NCBI GenBank assembly: GCA_051362555.1
Contig: CM120642.1
Coordinates: 32,674,001 to 32,738,000 of the forward strand
DNA: 64,000 nucleotides
Reading direction: 5' to 3'
From: Lingula anatina
Taxonomy: Eukaryota > Animalia > Brachiopoda
Position numbers and translations under genes: made by a program
In this document: positions 1-14,113 of the stretch, piece after piece
Numbering within the stretch: position 1 is the first letter of the stretch
Layout: each line of letters begins with the position of its first letter
Notes under the pieces: model-generated
Databases searched by the model: none
What the model saw: only the letters and a program-made list of their open reading frames with translations
What the model was told of the DNA's origin: nothing

Positions 1-28
1 TATATAGGAATACCCTTTCACATCGCTT

Positions 29-133
29 CCCAGCAAACACATAACGTTATTATAGCGTTACCATAACGTTTACATTACCAAAAACGTTATGGTCAAGTTA
101 AGTAACGTTTTAAAACTTTCTGTGTTTGCCGGG
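29..133. mobile_element. Small MITE with CCCAGCAAACACA termini
   Basis: CCCAGCAAACACA...TGTGTTTGCCGGG with internal AACGTT repeats and TT on both sides; absent at the paralogous gene B position (about 21280-21295). Confidence 0.7.
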
Positions 134-216
134 TTGTTAGGAAAACAAACCCAGGATTCTGCGTGAGAGGTGATTCCAAGAAATAAAAACGAGACAACAA
201 GGAGTGATGAACTTAC

Positions 217-492
217 CAACACAGGTTCCAGCAATTCCACATGCACATTTATTGACGCTGTTACCGCCGGCCCAATAAGCAATTGCCGTGCCACCTATAG
301 GAATGAAAACATACAGTGAGAAAGGGACATGCTGAGATGCTGCCATTGTAAAAAAGCAGTAAGCTGTACAAATTCTACTTTGTACTCAAAATAAATCTAT
401 TTGTGAATGTTTGTAGCCTTCGTCCATTCGTCTTTCCTTCACCCCATGGCCTTTCTTTATTTCTCTCTCACTCGCTCACTCACTCACTCCTT

Positions 493-553
<61 letters not shown>

Positions 554-554
554 A

Positions 555-599
<45 letters not shown>

Positions 600-3500
600 T
601 CTGCGTGCTTACTTCTGTCCTGAACCTTGTTGCAGGAACCTCCCAGACCGGACGCTCCGTTACAACGGAACTTGGCATACTGGGAGCAGGTGGCCATTGT
701 GTCTACAAACGGCGCCATTTGGTTGGCAACATCTATGCCGTAATAAGTCAGGTCTTGGCTCCAGCTTCCACAGGCTTCGTAGCCCTATAGCAAAATAAAT
801 CACTTGAAACATGGTCGACCCAGTACTCAAAGGCTAAAGGATTACTGGTATTTGCATGTAGGTGAGAATCTTGTCTTGAAAGCGTCATAGTCCAGATCGT
901 AACAATATTGACCATGGAAATGGGTCGCTTTTTTAATAAAGCAAGTGAAAATAGAAAGGGTGAAACATTTACATGTGTTATTTGTTTTATCATGCTTCCT
1001 GTTGGACCAAAATACTTACTGAGATCTGACTGGACTCGGTGTTATCTCTACTGTGGTGTATAATTGTCTTCCCAGGGGGCGATGTAGTCATGTCACACTC
1101 CACCATGAAAGGCCCAACACCATAGTTGGCTCCGTCAGGGTCGATTTCAAAGTACCCGCTGTACCGAAATCCATACTTGTAGTATTCGTAGCAGGAGCTC
1201 AAAATGGCTGGAAAATCGTAACTCGTAGGTTTCATATATTTTGTAATGACACACATATATATATCCTATGTAAGTCAATTCTTATGATGACTGCATTTTC
1301 CTTATATATATCATCTAAAATTCTAAAACATATTGAAAATCGGGTTTCATAAATTAAAACATTCGTTAAAAGGAAAATGCAGTCATCATAAGAATTGACT
1401 TACCTAGGAGGTTGCAAGAGGCGTATAGGATAATATTTTACGGGGATTATTTGACGGGGTCCGCGGATGCAAAGCCAACCCCCCGCCCCCGGGGGTTGGG
1501 TCAGGAACCCCCTGACACCCTTCCCCTCTAAATCCGCTGCTGACCTTGAGTCTAACAGTTCAAAGGGGAATATTTTCATAACATATCAATATCTTGAAAA
1601 GATATTAAGCAAATAAAGATGGATGTCAAACCTTTCCATCATACACATGTACTTACATACACATTTGTGAGTTATCCACAAGTATTTTTCTTGCCCCCCG
1701 CACGGATCACCAAATACTCCATTACTTGAACTGACTGTACAGCTAGTGCGCTGCTGACACAGGTTCTTGACGGCTTTTATAGTAGCTCTCTGATCTGCCC
1801 TGCAACCAATACTCTCCAGTCCGTAGAACGCATCCAGAATGTCTATCCAGGTCCCAGTAGGACAGGACAGAGAGACGGAACTACCCTCATTTATCTGGCT
1901 GGTATTTGTATACCCTGAATAATAAAAACTTGATTATTTTTGAATTAGCATTAACATTAAAATACAGCAGAGCATAAAGAGTTAAATCACTTTACATGTT
2001 TAAAAGATCCCAAAGTCATATTTTATATGACTACATATCTTGAATATACCAGAGATGCCATATGTGTTTTCAGAATGCTCAGCGATAGAACCTTACAACA
2101 TCAACAAGACCTTTACATGGTCTTCATCGACTATCAAAAAGCCTTTGACAAGATCCGACATGAGGAGCTCTTCAAGATGCTTGCAAAAATTCAAATAGAT
2201 GACAAAGACATGCGGGTTATAAGAACAGTCTACTGGGTTAAGTTTGCAGCAGTCCGCCTTCCTGAAGGCATGACCAACTGGTTTCCCATCAAAAGAGGAG
2301 TGCGTCAGGGGTGTGTCATGTCTCCAGACATTTTAACTTATACTCTGAAATGATCTTGAGAGATTTGGAGGATCGTCCTTTAGGAATCACAATCAATGGT
2401 GTCAGGATAAACAATCTCCGCTATGCCGATGATACAGTTCTTTTAGCTACATCGAAGGAGGATCTCCAAAATCTCTTTGATGCCTCCAGCACAAAGCTTG
2501 GACTACATGTCAACAGTAAAAAAAAACATGGTGGTTTCAAAGTCAGAGGCCACACCACGTTGCAGATTGCTTCATGGGAACACTCCCATCGACCAGGTGT
2601 CCTCATTCAACTATCTCGGAGCACCTGTGACATCCAACGCCTGTTGCAAGACAGAAATCCAAAGAAAAATTGACCAAGCGAAAAATGCATTCACCCGTCT
2701 CGGCCCAATCGTCAAAGATCGTGGGCTGTCCTTAAAGATAAAGATCCGCCTCCTACGCCTGGTCTATTCTTCTGTATGGCTGTGAGTCTTGGACTTTGAC
2801 GGCAGAAGCTCAACGTAACATTGAAGCAGCTGAAATGTGGTTCTACAGGCGAATGCTCCGAATCTCCTACATTGAGCATGTTACAAATGAAGAGGTCCTT
2901 AAACAGATTGATAAAAAAAAAAGACAACTGAAGTTCTTGGGACATTGCATCAAAAAGAGGGATTAGAAGATCTTACTTGGCGGAAGAATACCTGGCAAAA
3001 GTGCCCGAGGCAGACATCGAAAGTCCTTTCTTGACAATTTTGAATTACCAACAAGACACCTTTGGTCATGTGCGAGAAATAGAATCCTTTGGCAGAATAT
3101 CATCGTTCGACAAACACCGAATCGGTGATGGCACATGAAGAAGACGACATATCTTGAAAAGCTGCGTATCTTACCCAGTGCCGACCTTCAAAACTACAGA
3201 AACCCTCAAATGAAAGTAGCTTATCTAAAGGATGCATGTCGTTCATAATGACTGACCAGTTATTTAGAACTACAATTATTCAATTAGAAATGGTACACGT
3301 GTAAAACATCGAATCCAAGTGCAGTGATAGGTCGAATAATGGAGCGTGATTAGGGGGAAATTTTCTCTTTTCTTCAAGGAAAATTCGATTTGGAGGGGAA
3401 CTTTCCGATAACTTTGCCAGTTTAAGGTCTCTTTTCTCTTTTCGCATCGACCGGCTCAGTTCTCTATATCTTTCCAGATGGATCGGAGTAAATACATATC

Positions 3501-4541
3501 TTAGCTTTCGTCGCCCTATATTACTCGTACATACCCTAGCTATTGACTGTATCGTAACTACACTTAAGCCCCTAAAACTGGATCAGTCCATATTTCTATA
3601 CCTCTCTTTGTATTAAAAGAACCCAAGAAATGAGTAGAATAACGAAATGTAAACCTTTTTCATTGAAAGACAGAAATAAGTAACAAACGTGAAAAGTTAT
3701 GTAAACGGTCATTATATCTAGAACGTAAAAGTTACATAAAAGCGTATTTACAGAATTCCAAGTTACCTGGCTCAAATCCGTATACTTCAAACCTAGCACT
3801 CATGTGGCCGCCCCATGTTTGCGGATTGAACCGTATATATCGGCCCACGGCGGCAGGTTTTATATAGTTACTACGGATGGTACTGCTATCCCAGTTGGCT
3901 TGGAATATCTAAAACCAGAGACATGTTACTACAGTTCATTTATTGATTATGATAATTATTAAAATTGGGTTTATAATTACCAGTGCCAAATATAATTTTT
4001 ACTCCCGCGCGTGTACGGGCAATAACTACTCTAAACCATTACCATAGTGGTAACTTCACGATAAATAAATATAAACCAAGTTGCTACTATTGGTGTTATC
4101 TAATTGGTATTATCTGCTTCCTGGTACTGCTAACAGTTAAAATGACTCCTAGATTTGATGAGCAAAGTCCTTTGGTATATGCCAGTAATAAGTTACCCCC
4201 CCCCAAAAAAAAAAATCGCCATAATAAGGAGAAATCGTGTTTAGAAAGTAGTGGTTAATTTAATGCCAGGAGGTAGTGGTGAAACAATTAAAAGTGACCG
4301 TTTCTGAAAGGGATAACTGTGTGAATGAGATTTAACAACAAATCTACCTTGAGATGCACTTTGTTTAAAAGAATTTAAATTTAAAAAATTCTCTCAGTGC
4401 CACATCATCCGTTCTCGATGTCATTATTTCATTGTGGGGGTTGTCCAGAAAGGGGTAGGGGGTTCTCCTGGGAAATGTCCGGGGGGGGGGGGTCGTCTTT
4501 TTAAGATTCCTAATACCTGCTTGGACATAATTCTGACACAC

Positions 4542-4599
<58 letters not shown>

Positions 4600-7500
4600 T
4601 CTAATTATAAATACAAACATTTTACCAGAAGATAATTTCCCCGTATTAAGTCTCCATTGGAGCATTCTGTATAAAGTAAGTCTTTACCTTGCACGAGCCA
4701 TCTGCCTTTGTGTAACATTCAAAATTGGAACCGTCACCTGAGAACAGCAACTTGTACGACTTCACATGCTGACTTATTGCATTACGCCCCTGAAAAAGAA
4801 CACCACGTGCCAGAATAAAGATCTGGACAGATGAAGTCCCGAAGTATCTACACATTTCTCTAGACTCTTTTATCATCAGACCTGCTGATAAATGACAATG
4901 GGCGCAATGCAGTCCTCTATTTCTTCAACACGGTATTTTACAAGCAAGCTTTACTAGACATTGTGCCTCATTAAATTACTCTTCGAATTTAAAAAGTAAG
5001 AATAATGACAAGGGAGAGAGGAAAACATGAAAGGGAGACAAATGACTTATTTCAAGTTGATGTGTCTACTAATTGAAGATTGGGTGACTTGGTTCAGTAT
5101 TTATTTCCTTTATTTTTTGTCCATTGAAAGGCTTCGGTCAAAAACCATTTATATACTATGCATTTAAAATACTTGGTTCTTTGGCTACAGACGAAAAATG
5201 ACTGTTGGCCATTTTTTAAATATACTGATTGCCCAAGACACTTTTCCTCAACGACGAAAAAGAGGAAACCTTTAGCGAAACTTCACCGTTCGCCAAACAC
5301 CGCATCAGTGATGGCACCTGAATGAGAGGATTGTTTACTCTCAAGCTTCTGTCATACCGTTGTTGCAACTTTGGTAATATTCATCGTCTTTCCCAGGTCT
5401 ATTTGATACCATTGGTTTGTGTCCATGGTGCCACCACACCACCCATTAGAACTACCCAGTCGTCCATAATTGATGGGGCAATCGCCGTGTGTTGTTGAAG
5501 CCGAGAGAGATGAACTGGGTATGAAGTTACTTTGCATCCCCAGAGGACGCTCTACACCTTGAAAAATTACATAAAGTTAGAAATTGGAAATCATTTATGA
5601 GAATTTAGATTGTAATATCGTGAAAAAGAAATACAAAAAGAAACGAATGACAAAATAAAATTGTTTCTTAACAATCTACATTATGGTTCTATTGTCTTAT
5701 CTCATTATTGTGTGTCAGATAGTCGCCATCTGGCGTTCATCCACAACTGTCGCTTTTTCGTATACTTTGCATATGACACACTCTGGCTTTGAAAACACTA
5801 TAATTACCCCATTCACACTACAGTTGCAAAAATCCGCATTTCTATAATTCGAATTTTTCGTGAAGAATTTGATTCGGTATTGCGTTCACACTCGCGAAGC
5901 GAAACCGAATCCCACGTTGAAAATTTCAGGTTTTAACTTCCTGTTCTGAACACTCGCGCATGCGCCGCACAGGAAAACTCAAACTACCAACAAAAAAATG
6001 TGTGACGGCAAATGTAACTCAAAAGACATTCAAGCATTCTTGGGGAGCATAAGATGGCAAAATAAGTTTGTTTCCTCCTGTTGTAGTGAGTGGTGATCTC
6101 CAAAAATATTTGGTGCAATCGCTAAAGTAATAAACAAGCATTCATAGATACCAGCACTTATTTGCAAACATGCGCAGTAAGATCTGTACAGGTGTCCATT
6201 CTGGTAAGTTATTCGAATCGCTGAAGAAAATTCACCTCGCTAGCAGGATTTTGAAAAATCCGCTTTACAAAAATCCTCACGCGTTCAGACTACTACAGTT
6301 ATTCGAATCGGGACCTAATTCGCTATTTATCCGAATAAATGACTGTAGTGTGAACGGGGTAAATGTTTAACGGCTTGCTGTTGTGATGTGATGTCATTTG
6401 CAAACAAAAAACCTTTAAAAACTCACTTTCCACCCAGGAGGTACAAATCAATGGTCCCAGTGTTTCAAAACCCATTTCATTACCGCCATCAATATCGTTT
6501 ATTCTGGTCTGCACAATGGGAAGAATATTCTTTTCCTGAAGGTAACCAGAATCCTTCCTCCACACGGCATCGTTCTGGACACAACTGCAATCGCCTGTTA
6601 CAAAAATATTCATTTGCGTTTATTTTTTTTATCTATTAGGAAGCATACTTACATGAGCCCAATTTTCTATTAGAAAAAAAGGTACTTGATATTTCAAAAG
6701 TATCCAGAAAAACACATCTAGTAAATCAAACGCGCTTACTATTTAAGCATAAGAATTTCATGTGAAAAAGATTCAATTACTCTGGATATTTTTTTAATTA
6801 CTCACATAAGGGCTAGTGTCGATATCACGGATAATGTTATGCATGTCAGCAAACACCAGGCAACAAATATCATTTTAAACATGATCACGAATTTTGACGC
6901 TCACTGATTACTCGAACGGAAGTCACGTGGGGTAAGTGAATTGACCTCCTAGTCAACTCGCTCCGCCATGTTGGATGTTCAGATGTTCTATGTGATAAAC
7001 AGTGCAAGACACAAAGTTCGAAAAGTCATGCCCGACGGCGCCCATTTTATATAGAATATATATTTACATTAAAGAAACAATGGGTCTTTAAACTGAATTG
7101 GTTAATTAAGATAAATTACATCTTTAAATTCCACTAAGAGTATAAGATTTATGTTTGCTTTGGACTACGTGGTCCTCACACTTGGAGATGGATGCCATGA
7201 ACGGACATGGCAAATATTTATAAATTGCTATTTGTTTTGTACTCTTACTTCTTCCGTTTTCACAGGCGGAATATTTCCCACACAGACACCTTGAAACAGG
7301 GGATCCTCCAGGGAAGTAAGCACCCCAATAACTGTATACTCCAGTACGATCACTATGATCAGTGTTTGTCCCAGGGTCTACAACAGAATTAATATTTATC
7401 GTAATCATATCTGATATAAACACCTGAAAGGAAACGTTCAAGTTTGAATTCATATTCATAGTAAAAAATAATTTAATACTATTTATGACAACATTGTTGC

Positions 7501-10500
7501 TACAATTACGCACACGATAAAAATTCCAAAAGCCAAATTATCGTGCTTACTTCCTAGTCCGTGACACTCTATTTGTCTGTATTGGTGACAATGGCCGGAC
7601 ATATTCAATAATGCAGTCATCTGGTCTATAGAAGCAGTAGAATACGTCAGATCTCTGTAAGTATACCCTCCCTGACCAGGCCCAAGTTGACTGCTTCGAC
7701 CTTCTATATCATGGTGGACAATGGTCAATGGGGGGTCAAAGGTCATGTCACACTCCACCTGAAAGGGATCCATTCCACCAGGACCATCTACATCGATATC
7801 ATGGCTCCCGCTACTTAAGCCCTCTTCCTTCAGTCTGTTGCAAGTATGGGCTCCTGTAAAATCCTCAAATACTGAGCATTTGGATTATACCGCAGTGATG
7901 ACAATCTATGCTTATGGCATAAAAGGCTATGCTTCCCTTCATCTCTTGCTAATCGAAGGCTTCACACGTTATTAATGTATCTTCAAAGTGTAGCACAAAA
8001 AATGAAATAAGAGAATATAAACAATGAAAGTCATTAACACAAGATGTAAAATTTGTCCTACCTCTGGTAAAGGTGGTGGCTGCCCTCGATATGTTCCTGC
8101 TCCTAATACCAACAGGTCTGTTAGTTTCGGTGGTCAGTCGTACGGTATAGCTCGCCCCTTCTTGTAACCCAGTGATGAGGTTAGTCCTGGTCTTAAGGTA
8201 CCCAGGGTCCTCTAAGCTGAGCACGGTGGTATTGGTGACGTCATCAACACCTAGGGGCGTTACCTCTAAAGTGAAGGTTTGAGTGAACCCGCCATTGAAG
8301 CCGGACATCCACGTGATTTCTAGAGATGTGGTTTGGTTTTCGTTCACGTAGACAAAACTTGGATATTGTGGAGGCCCTAGAACAAAAAGGAACTTTTAAA
8401 ACTCTGTCGAGCTAAATGGGGATATTTCCAGCTAGCTTTTTCGCCCAATAAGGCACCCTTCTTCTTCACTAAAAAGTTGTAAGCTACATGTATACACGTC
8501 CGTACCTCTCGGGGAAAACATTTGCTTAACAAAGCCATTTCTTCGTCTATTGCTTTTCCGTAAGTAAATGCGATTACCTGACGTATCTTTTACAATTAAC
8601 CGACCTGCAATCGAAAAAGGGTCTTCTTTGAATGAAAGCAGCATTGCTTGGCCGGAATGAGAGGCACAAAAGACTGTCGTGTTCTCGAATTTTTTATACA
8701 TCGATTTTCAATCGTACAGAGCACGTTGTAAAAATAATGGTATGGTGATGTTAATCTTCTTGAAAGCGATACTTACCGGGTAAAGGAACACTGTTAGAAA
8801 AAATCGATGGCACAATTACACAAATAACACATGGTATATTTTTTCAAAAGTTCGTATTCCCGATCCATTCTAACTATTTATATCGCTCTTCAGCATGTTT
8901 GTATTGATTTCACGCCAAGCGCTACAGTATTATCAAATTGCTAAAAGTGACATTTAAATGGGCACATGTACATGTAGGTAAGACCACATACGGTTATGGG
9001 CTGATGAATGTATAACGCAAACAGCCCTCACTTCACAGAGGGTTTGTGTTTCCGACCCTTTGTAAAGAGTTGTTAAGTTGTTTTTAAAGATATCATACCT
9101 AAATAGAAAATGGAAATCCGTCTTACCATTGTTCGGCCCATCCCTGCACTTTAACTCTATATTTTGGACCATTTCTAATTAGGTAATTAAGTATTGTGTA
9201 AATATCCAGTAATGTAACCAGCCACAAGATTTTTTCAGGAGGCTATGTCGAGATCGGGAACTTTAAGTGGAGGACATTTTCATAAAAAGTCTTTTGATGT
9301 CTGAATTGAGATTGTGTAGTATTTCGTAACTTTTCAGAAAATGAAGACATGATAAGTAGAACGTAGCCTTTTTAATTGAAAACAAAAGAGGTAATATTGA
9401 ATGCTGGAATGACAAATCAGAACGTAAAATTGTGGGAATCACACAAAAAGACAATGAAACGAAAACCAAGTAAACGGTGATCGATTTGAAAAAGACAGAC
9501 AATACATTCACTTGGATTTGTATGAAAAATTAGTTGGTGAAAATGTCTGAAAGCTCCAACTCGCCGTCTCACTATAACACCTCTGACGTAAAAAAGTATG
9601 CTTTTACGTGCACATCTATACATGAGGCTAAAGCATAGGTAGCCTTCCTTTACGGCAAGAGGAACCAATATTGCAGAAATGTTGTTACATTGTAGTACTA
9701 CAGGTTAAGCTACGTATAACCCGGTTAGAATATGTGTAAAGCTAACCATGTTGTAGCGCAATTGGTAGTAATCGATTCATGTTCTAATGCTCACCTATGT
9801 TTCACACAAAACATGCCAGCCATATACAAAAATTTTCGAAGCTGTAAAGTATTTTCTTTCTTTGTGGAAATAAAGAGGGATGTGCAAACAATTGACCACG
9901 CTATGGTGAGCATTTTGACAAATATTGCAAGAATCACTGAAACGCGTCTGTCATGAGCCCATATCACAACAAAGTAAATAAAGGACCACTCCACTTTTGA
10001 AATTGTCTCAAAGCTCATGGTTTGATTATCTGCGTATCCTGCAAAAACTATTTCTCTTTCTCTATTCAGAGCATAAAAACAAGGAAACACCTAAAATGAA
10101 ATTCTCTGATGTCGATAGTTTCTTCCGAAACTTACTGGAAGATATCATGGTCTCAACCTTTAGAAAACATTAAGAACTCATTTTTCAAAAATGATGTAAA
10201 AGTAAAATCCAAGATCAGGAGTCGATCAATGATTTGTAATAAGAGCATTTTTTTCATTTGATATTCTATTTGAAGGGAAAATCCCGGATGAGATACCTTG
10301 AGATTGACACGATATTGGAAAGATTTCTCAAAACCATATTTCAATGAAAAACCAAAATATTTATTCGTCAAGTGCAATTTTAGAAACGCATTAAATCGGT
10401 ATTTTTCACATTTGCCATGCATTCCAGTAATGGACATTTTAGTACGTAAGTGAACTGTATGACATAGTAAAATGGACACGGGCTCTACCGTGACTTTACA

Positions 10501-11043
10501 CTGGTTTAAATTTGTTCTTATTAATCACTTGTCTCCATTCGTTTTTTTTTAAGTGGGTTTTATATTTTTCCCAACACTTTTCCCATTGTCATGCATGTTA
10601 AAAACGACCATACATAAACGGAGACACACTTAAGTACCGGCTAAGACCGTCCAAACAAAGTAAAAGATTCATCAAGTCGCAAGTGAGACACAAATAAAAA
10701 GCAGTTTACCTAGGTCGGCATCCAGATGCTCCCAGTCTTCATCCGCTACAGGTACTGTCCCAGCGTCATCGTATTTTGTTCTGTCATTAATCTCACACGT
10801 TTTACTACTGCTATGGTAGTTGACAGATGTACAGGTCGCTGAGCCGAGATGAAGACAGAGAACAGTGCAATGCGCTTTGTCGCGTACGCTGTACGTCGTT
10901 GGTTGTGCGCCGCTGAAAACTCCATTTGAAAGTCTTGATCCGTTGGAACTTTTAAAATATCCCCAGCTGTATGAATTTCCTCCATTCAACTGAATGGACA
11001 ACAAACAAAGCAGAAATATACATGTTTTTATCCTCTGCCCCAT
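217..11043 (-). CDS. Gene A: secreted multidomain lectin-like protein (SP-PAN-FN3-Caspr-type fibrinogen-like-F5/8C-SUEL-fibrinogen-like...), exons 1-12; 3' part lies beyond the left edge
   Basis: Exons (minus): 11043-10710, 8376-8062, 7853-7551, 7377-7249, 6594-6427, 5557-5358, 4789-4688, 3908-3767, 1914-1657, 1207-1020, 784-613, 294-217. All have GT-AG boundaries, and lengths and phases equal those of exons 1-12 of gene C. Motifs: HCTVLC..CTSVNY..KTCEIN (PAN), W.SGFNGG..QTF (FN3), IDPDG..GPF.VECDM..IHH (Caspr-type fibrinogen-like), PLGMQS..QWYQIDLG..VAT.GR (F5/8C), AFYG..CQQRTSC..VFGDPC..KYL (SUEL). Confidence 0.85.
496..597. repeat. Compound (CT)n(CA)n microsatellite in gene A intron 11
   Basis: Direct reading; a much shorter version exists in gene B at about 21624-21665. 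Confidence 0.95.
2045..3146 (+). mobile_element. 5'-truncated, frameshifted RTE-clade non-LTR retrotransposon in gene A intron 8
   Basis: RT motifs FIDYQKAFD, GVRQGCVMSP, INNLRYADD, FNYLG; 3' GAAGAAGAC tail; 12-bp TSD ACATATCTTGAA at 2033-2044 and 3147-3158; a single copy of the target is at the paralogous site in gene B (22921-22932). Confidence 0.92.
4543..4597. repeat. (TA)n microsatellite
   Basis: Direct reading. Confidence 0.95.
5805..6361. mobile_element. Non-autonomous TIR DNA transposon (PIF/Harbinger-like MITE) in gene A intron 5
   Basis: TIRs TACCCCATTCACACTACAGT / ACTGTAGTGTGAACGGGGTA, 3-bp AAT duplication on both sides; absent from the paralogous gene B intron (about 24551-24570). 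Confidence 0.8.
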
Positions 11044-13779
11044 CGCGTACCTTATAAACATATATCAGTAAGGAAAATTAGAATGAATTATCTGTATTCC
11101 TTGCTGCCATTCACGGCTTTCTTTCACAGCCCGAGTGGCGGTGTCGAAGTATCGGACTAGTTTGGACACAAAAAGAACATTGATTAAGTAGCTCTGCCAA
11201 AATACATGTTTAAAAAGTGGATCACGTTATTAGTCGTGTGGGCCAATTACATCGGAAAACTAATATCCAATAACCCCAGGAGTAAACATTTTCTCAACTT
11301 TTATTATGCATTGTATTGCCGGAGACGCAACTGCATTGTCAAGATTATATCCCGTTATGATGATATTGACTGGTATACGGCAAATTTATATCAAAAGTCG
11401 ATATTCTATTAGAAGGTAATTCAACGAAAAAAAGAGTCCTTAGGAGGTCACAGGATCGAACAATTGTCAAGGTTGTTTGCCTTTAATCCAGATTAAATAT
11501 ATACATCGAGTTGAAATTTGAAATGGAACTGATAGTGAAGCATTAGCATTCGGTATAATTTGACAAAGAGTCACGACTAATTTTGCATTCTATTAAATTT
11601 TATTTTAAAAATCAACTCATCAATCCATGAGTTGCAATAGCAACGGCTCTGACACTCACACTCACTTATTTGTTCGAGCAGCCACAAAGTGGAATGAAGT
11701 TGCTTCAGTCAGATTTGGGTGTCTGGAAGAAAGTTCGCCTCCAGGTCAAAAGCAACCAAGCTATATATAACATCTTGGACCTTTAATAAAAAATGCACCA
11801 TGCATCAAAATCGTTAAAGATGGACAGTGACCTCATCAAATTAATTAGGTGATCTACGTATGAATGTTTAATTTTAATGAGGCTGTATGAGTACACTGGT
11901 TATTAATACAGACGGCTGTTATGTATCGCAAAATTCTAAGCGTTTTCTTTATTAATATAAGTCGTTGCTAATTATTGTCTTTTTCAACGTCATTCTTTGT
12001 ACATTTTTACATAACGGCACGTATGAAGCGATGAGCATTAATTCCAATAATGGGTTATCATTCACACTTTAGCTTGAGCTGGTTAATATATTAAATTTTA
12101 TATTAAATTTGATTGATGTCATTATTATTTTGGACGTCCCATTGGAATTTTAATGAGCCCAATTATTTCAAAAGATGACACATTAAGGTAATGGAGAGTA
12201 CAATTTGGGTTCGTTGGATGTAACCTAATGTCAGGTCATCAATATTCAAAAACTACGTTTAGTGATAACCATCTAGGTTTTCAGGATATTCGTCTGAAAA
12301 GAAGGGTGGTAATTTTAAAAGTCGTGACAGGTAGAATATAGAGATTTCACATGACAAATACTCTCAAGCACTCCCCATTTTCTAAGTCATGTACAACTAA
12401 ATAATTTTTTAAAAATTTAATATTATGGAATGTATACGTCAAAACAGCAAAGAAGCAAATATGGCTAGTTTAGAGTGTGAGCTAATTCATGGCAAATGAA
12501 AATCCCTTAAGGTGAAGATGTTCGATTTTCGGCCAAGGACAAATACATGTCGCGGTGTGATGTGGATATTTAACGGGGAGAATTGGCCGGCAGATGGCAC
12601 GGAATGCTTCAGATTCTACATGAACCGAACACAATTCACTATTTAGCACGATGCTAACTTTTGCTGTCTTTGGACCACTGAAAATTTACATTTAATAATT
12701 ACAGATGACACATGCATTCAGAAATTTTTTCAAGTTATATTATAATATTAATATTTTGAAATCAAATGGGGCACTGAGGCGGTACCGGTGGTGCTGCATA
12801 CGCTAAATCGACAAACGTTCCCCCCGATCAATAAGGCATTGTTCATACATACATTTACTCTACTCCTTAAGGACATTATGAACAAAACAGTACGGATTAG
12901 ATTCAATAGCAGCTTTTAATGCAGAGGGAGGCGGGGTACTGGGACTCACGGAGAACAACTACCTGGCACGTCGAAACAATCTTCCAGTGACGATCAATTT
13001 GATTTAGGAAATTACCAATGATACATTTAGACACTAATAAAGTGAACTCCTGAACCACATGGTGTTCATATAAGACCGAGAACGGAATATTTGGTCGGAG
13101 TACTGCACTAACATCCTTTTATTTTAGTCTTCCTTTTTTAAAATTGTTATCGTCATTACAAAATCCCCAGCGGTATCAAAAAGTTATATTTAAGGAGTTA
13201 TCGATTTCTTCCTTTAAATGGGGGAGGAGTGGGGCGAGGACCATCGTGGTTTGCGTTCATATTTCGATATTTTGATGTATCGCTATCGGAAGGGTTTTGA
13301 CATACAGGGGTATACCACTGTGGTTGAATAACCACGTACAAACTACAACACAACCTCCAATCATGTGGCCATTTCATAGTTCCAATTTTTTGCCACATTA
13401 CCCGCGAATAGATCATTGTTTTTTGGCAAAATGTAAGCTTTTAAAATCAAAATAGTCAAAACAGAATATGATCTAAACATTGTTCTTGCGATACAATAAT
13501 TGGCTATGGGAATTTACCAAATAATCGCTTATCGTGTTATTCGAAATGCACCTTCGTCTTTCGATTTCCGATCTTTTTGTTCTAAAATGCCAATAATATG
13601 ATTCTATTTTTATATTACGCTACTCACCGCTACTCAATCTTTGCACTTTGTATGACCCAGCTATTCCAATAGTTTGACACTGCCTCTTCATGTGGCTTGA
13701 ACAAAGCGGTGGAATGAGTGAAATAATATTTCAGTATAATTTTTTAAACTTATATCATTAACATTTTACAAACTGAGAA

Positions 13780-14113
13780 ATGGGACCGCAGGTAAAAACA
13801 TCCATATTTATGCTTTTTGCGCTGTCCATTCAATTATGTAGAGGGCTTTCCTACAGCTGGGGATATTTCAAAAGTTCCAACGGATCAAGACTTTCAAATG
13901 GAGTTTTCGGGGGCGCACAACCAACGACGTACACCGTGCGCGACAAAGCGCATTGCACCGTCCTCTGTCTTCATCTCGGCACAGCGACCTGTACATCTGT
14001 CAACTACCATAGCAGTAGTAAAACGTGTGAGATTAATGACAGAACAAAATACGATGACGCTGGGACAGTACCTGTAGCGGATGAAGACTGGGAGCACCTG
14101 GATGCGGACCTAG
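13780..14113 (+). pseudogene. Orphan first exon (signal peptide + PAN/Apple domain), partial duplicate of gene C
   Basis: Same 334-nt exon and G|GTGAG donor as gene C exon 1. Flanks align with about 30.0-33.6 kb, but homology stops near 15.3 kb and no plus-strand FN3 exon follows before gene B. Intron read-through gives a 135-aa ORF (13780-14187). Confidence 0.7.

Noticed and set aside
403-798. Plus-strand ORFs with SLSLSL/HTHTHT runs
   Set aside because: Microsatellite read-through, antisense to gene A exon 11.
13508-13518. NF-kB site GGGAATTTACC upstream of the plus-strand PAN exon
   Set aside because: Imperfect match, and altered (GGGAATTGACC) in the paralogous region; too weak to call.
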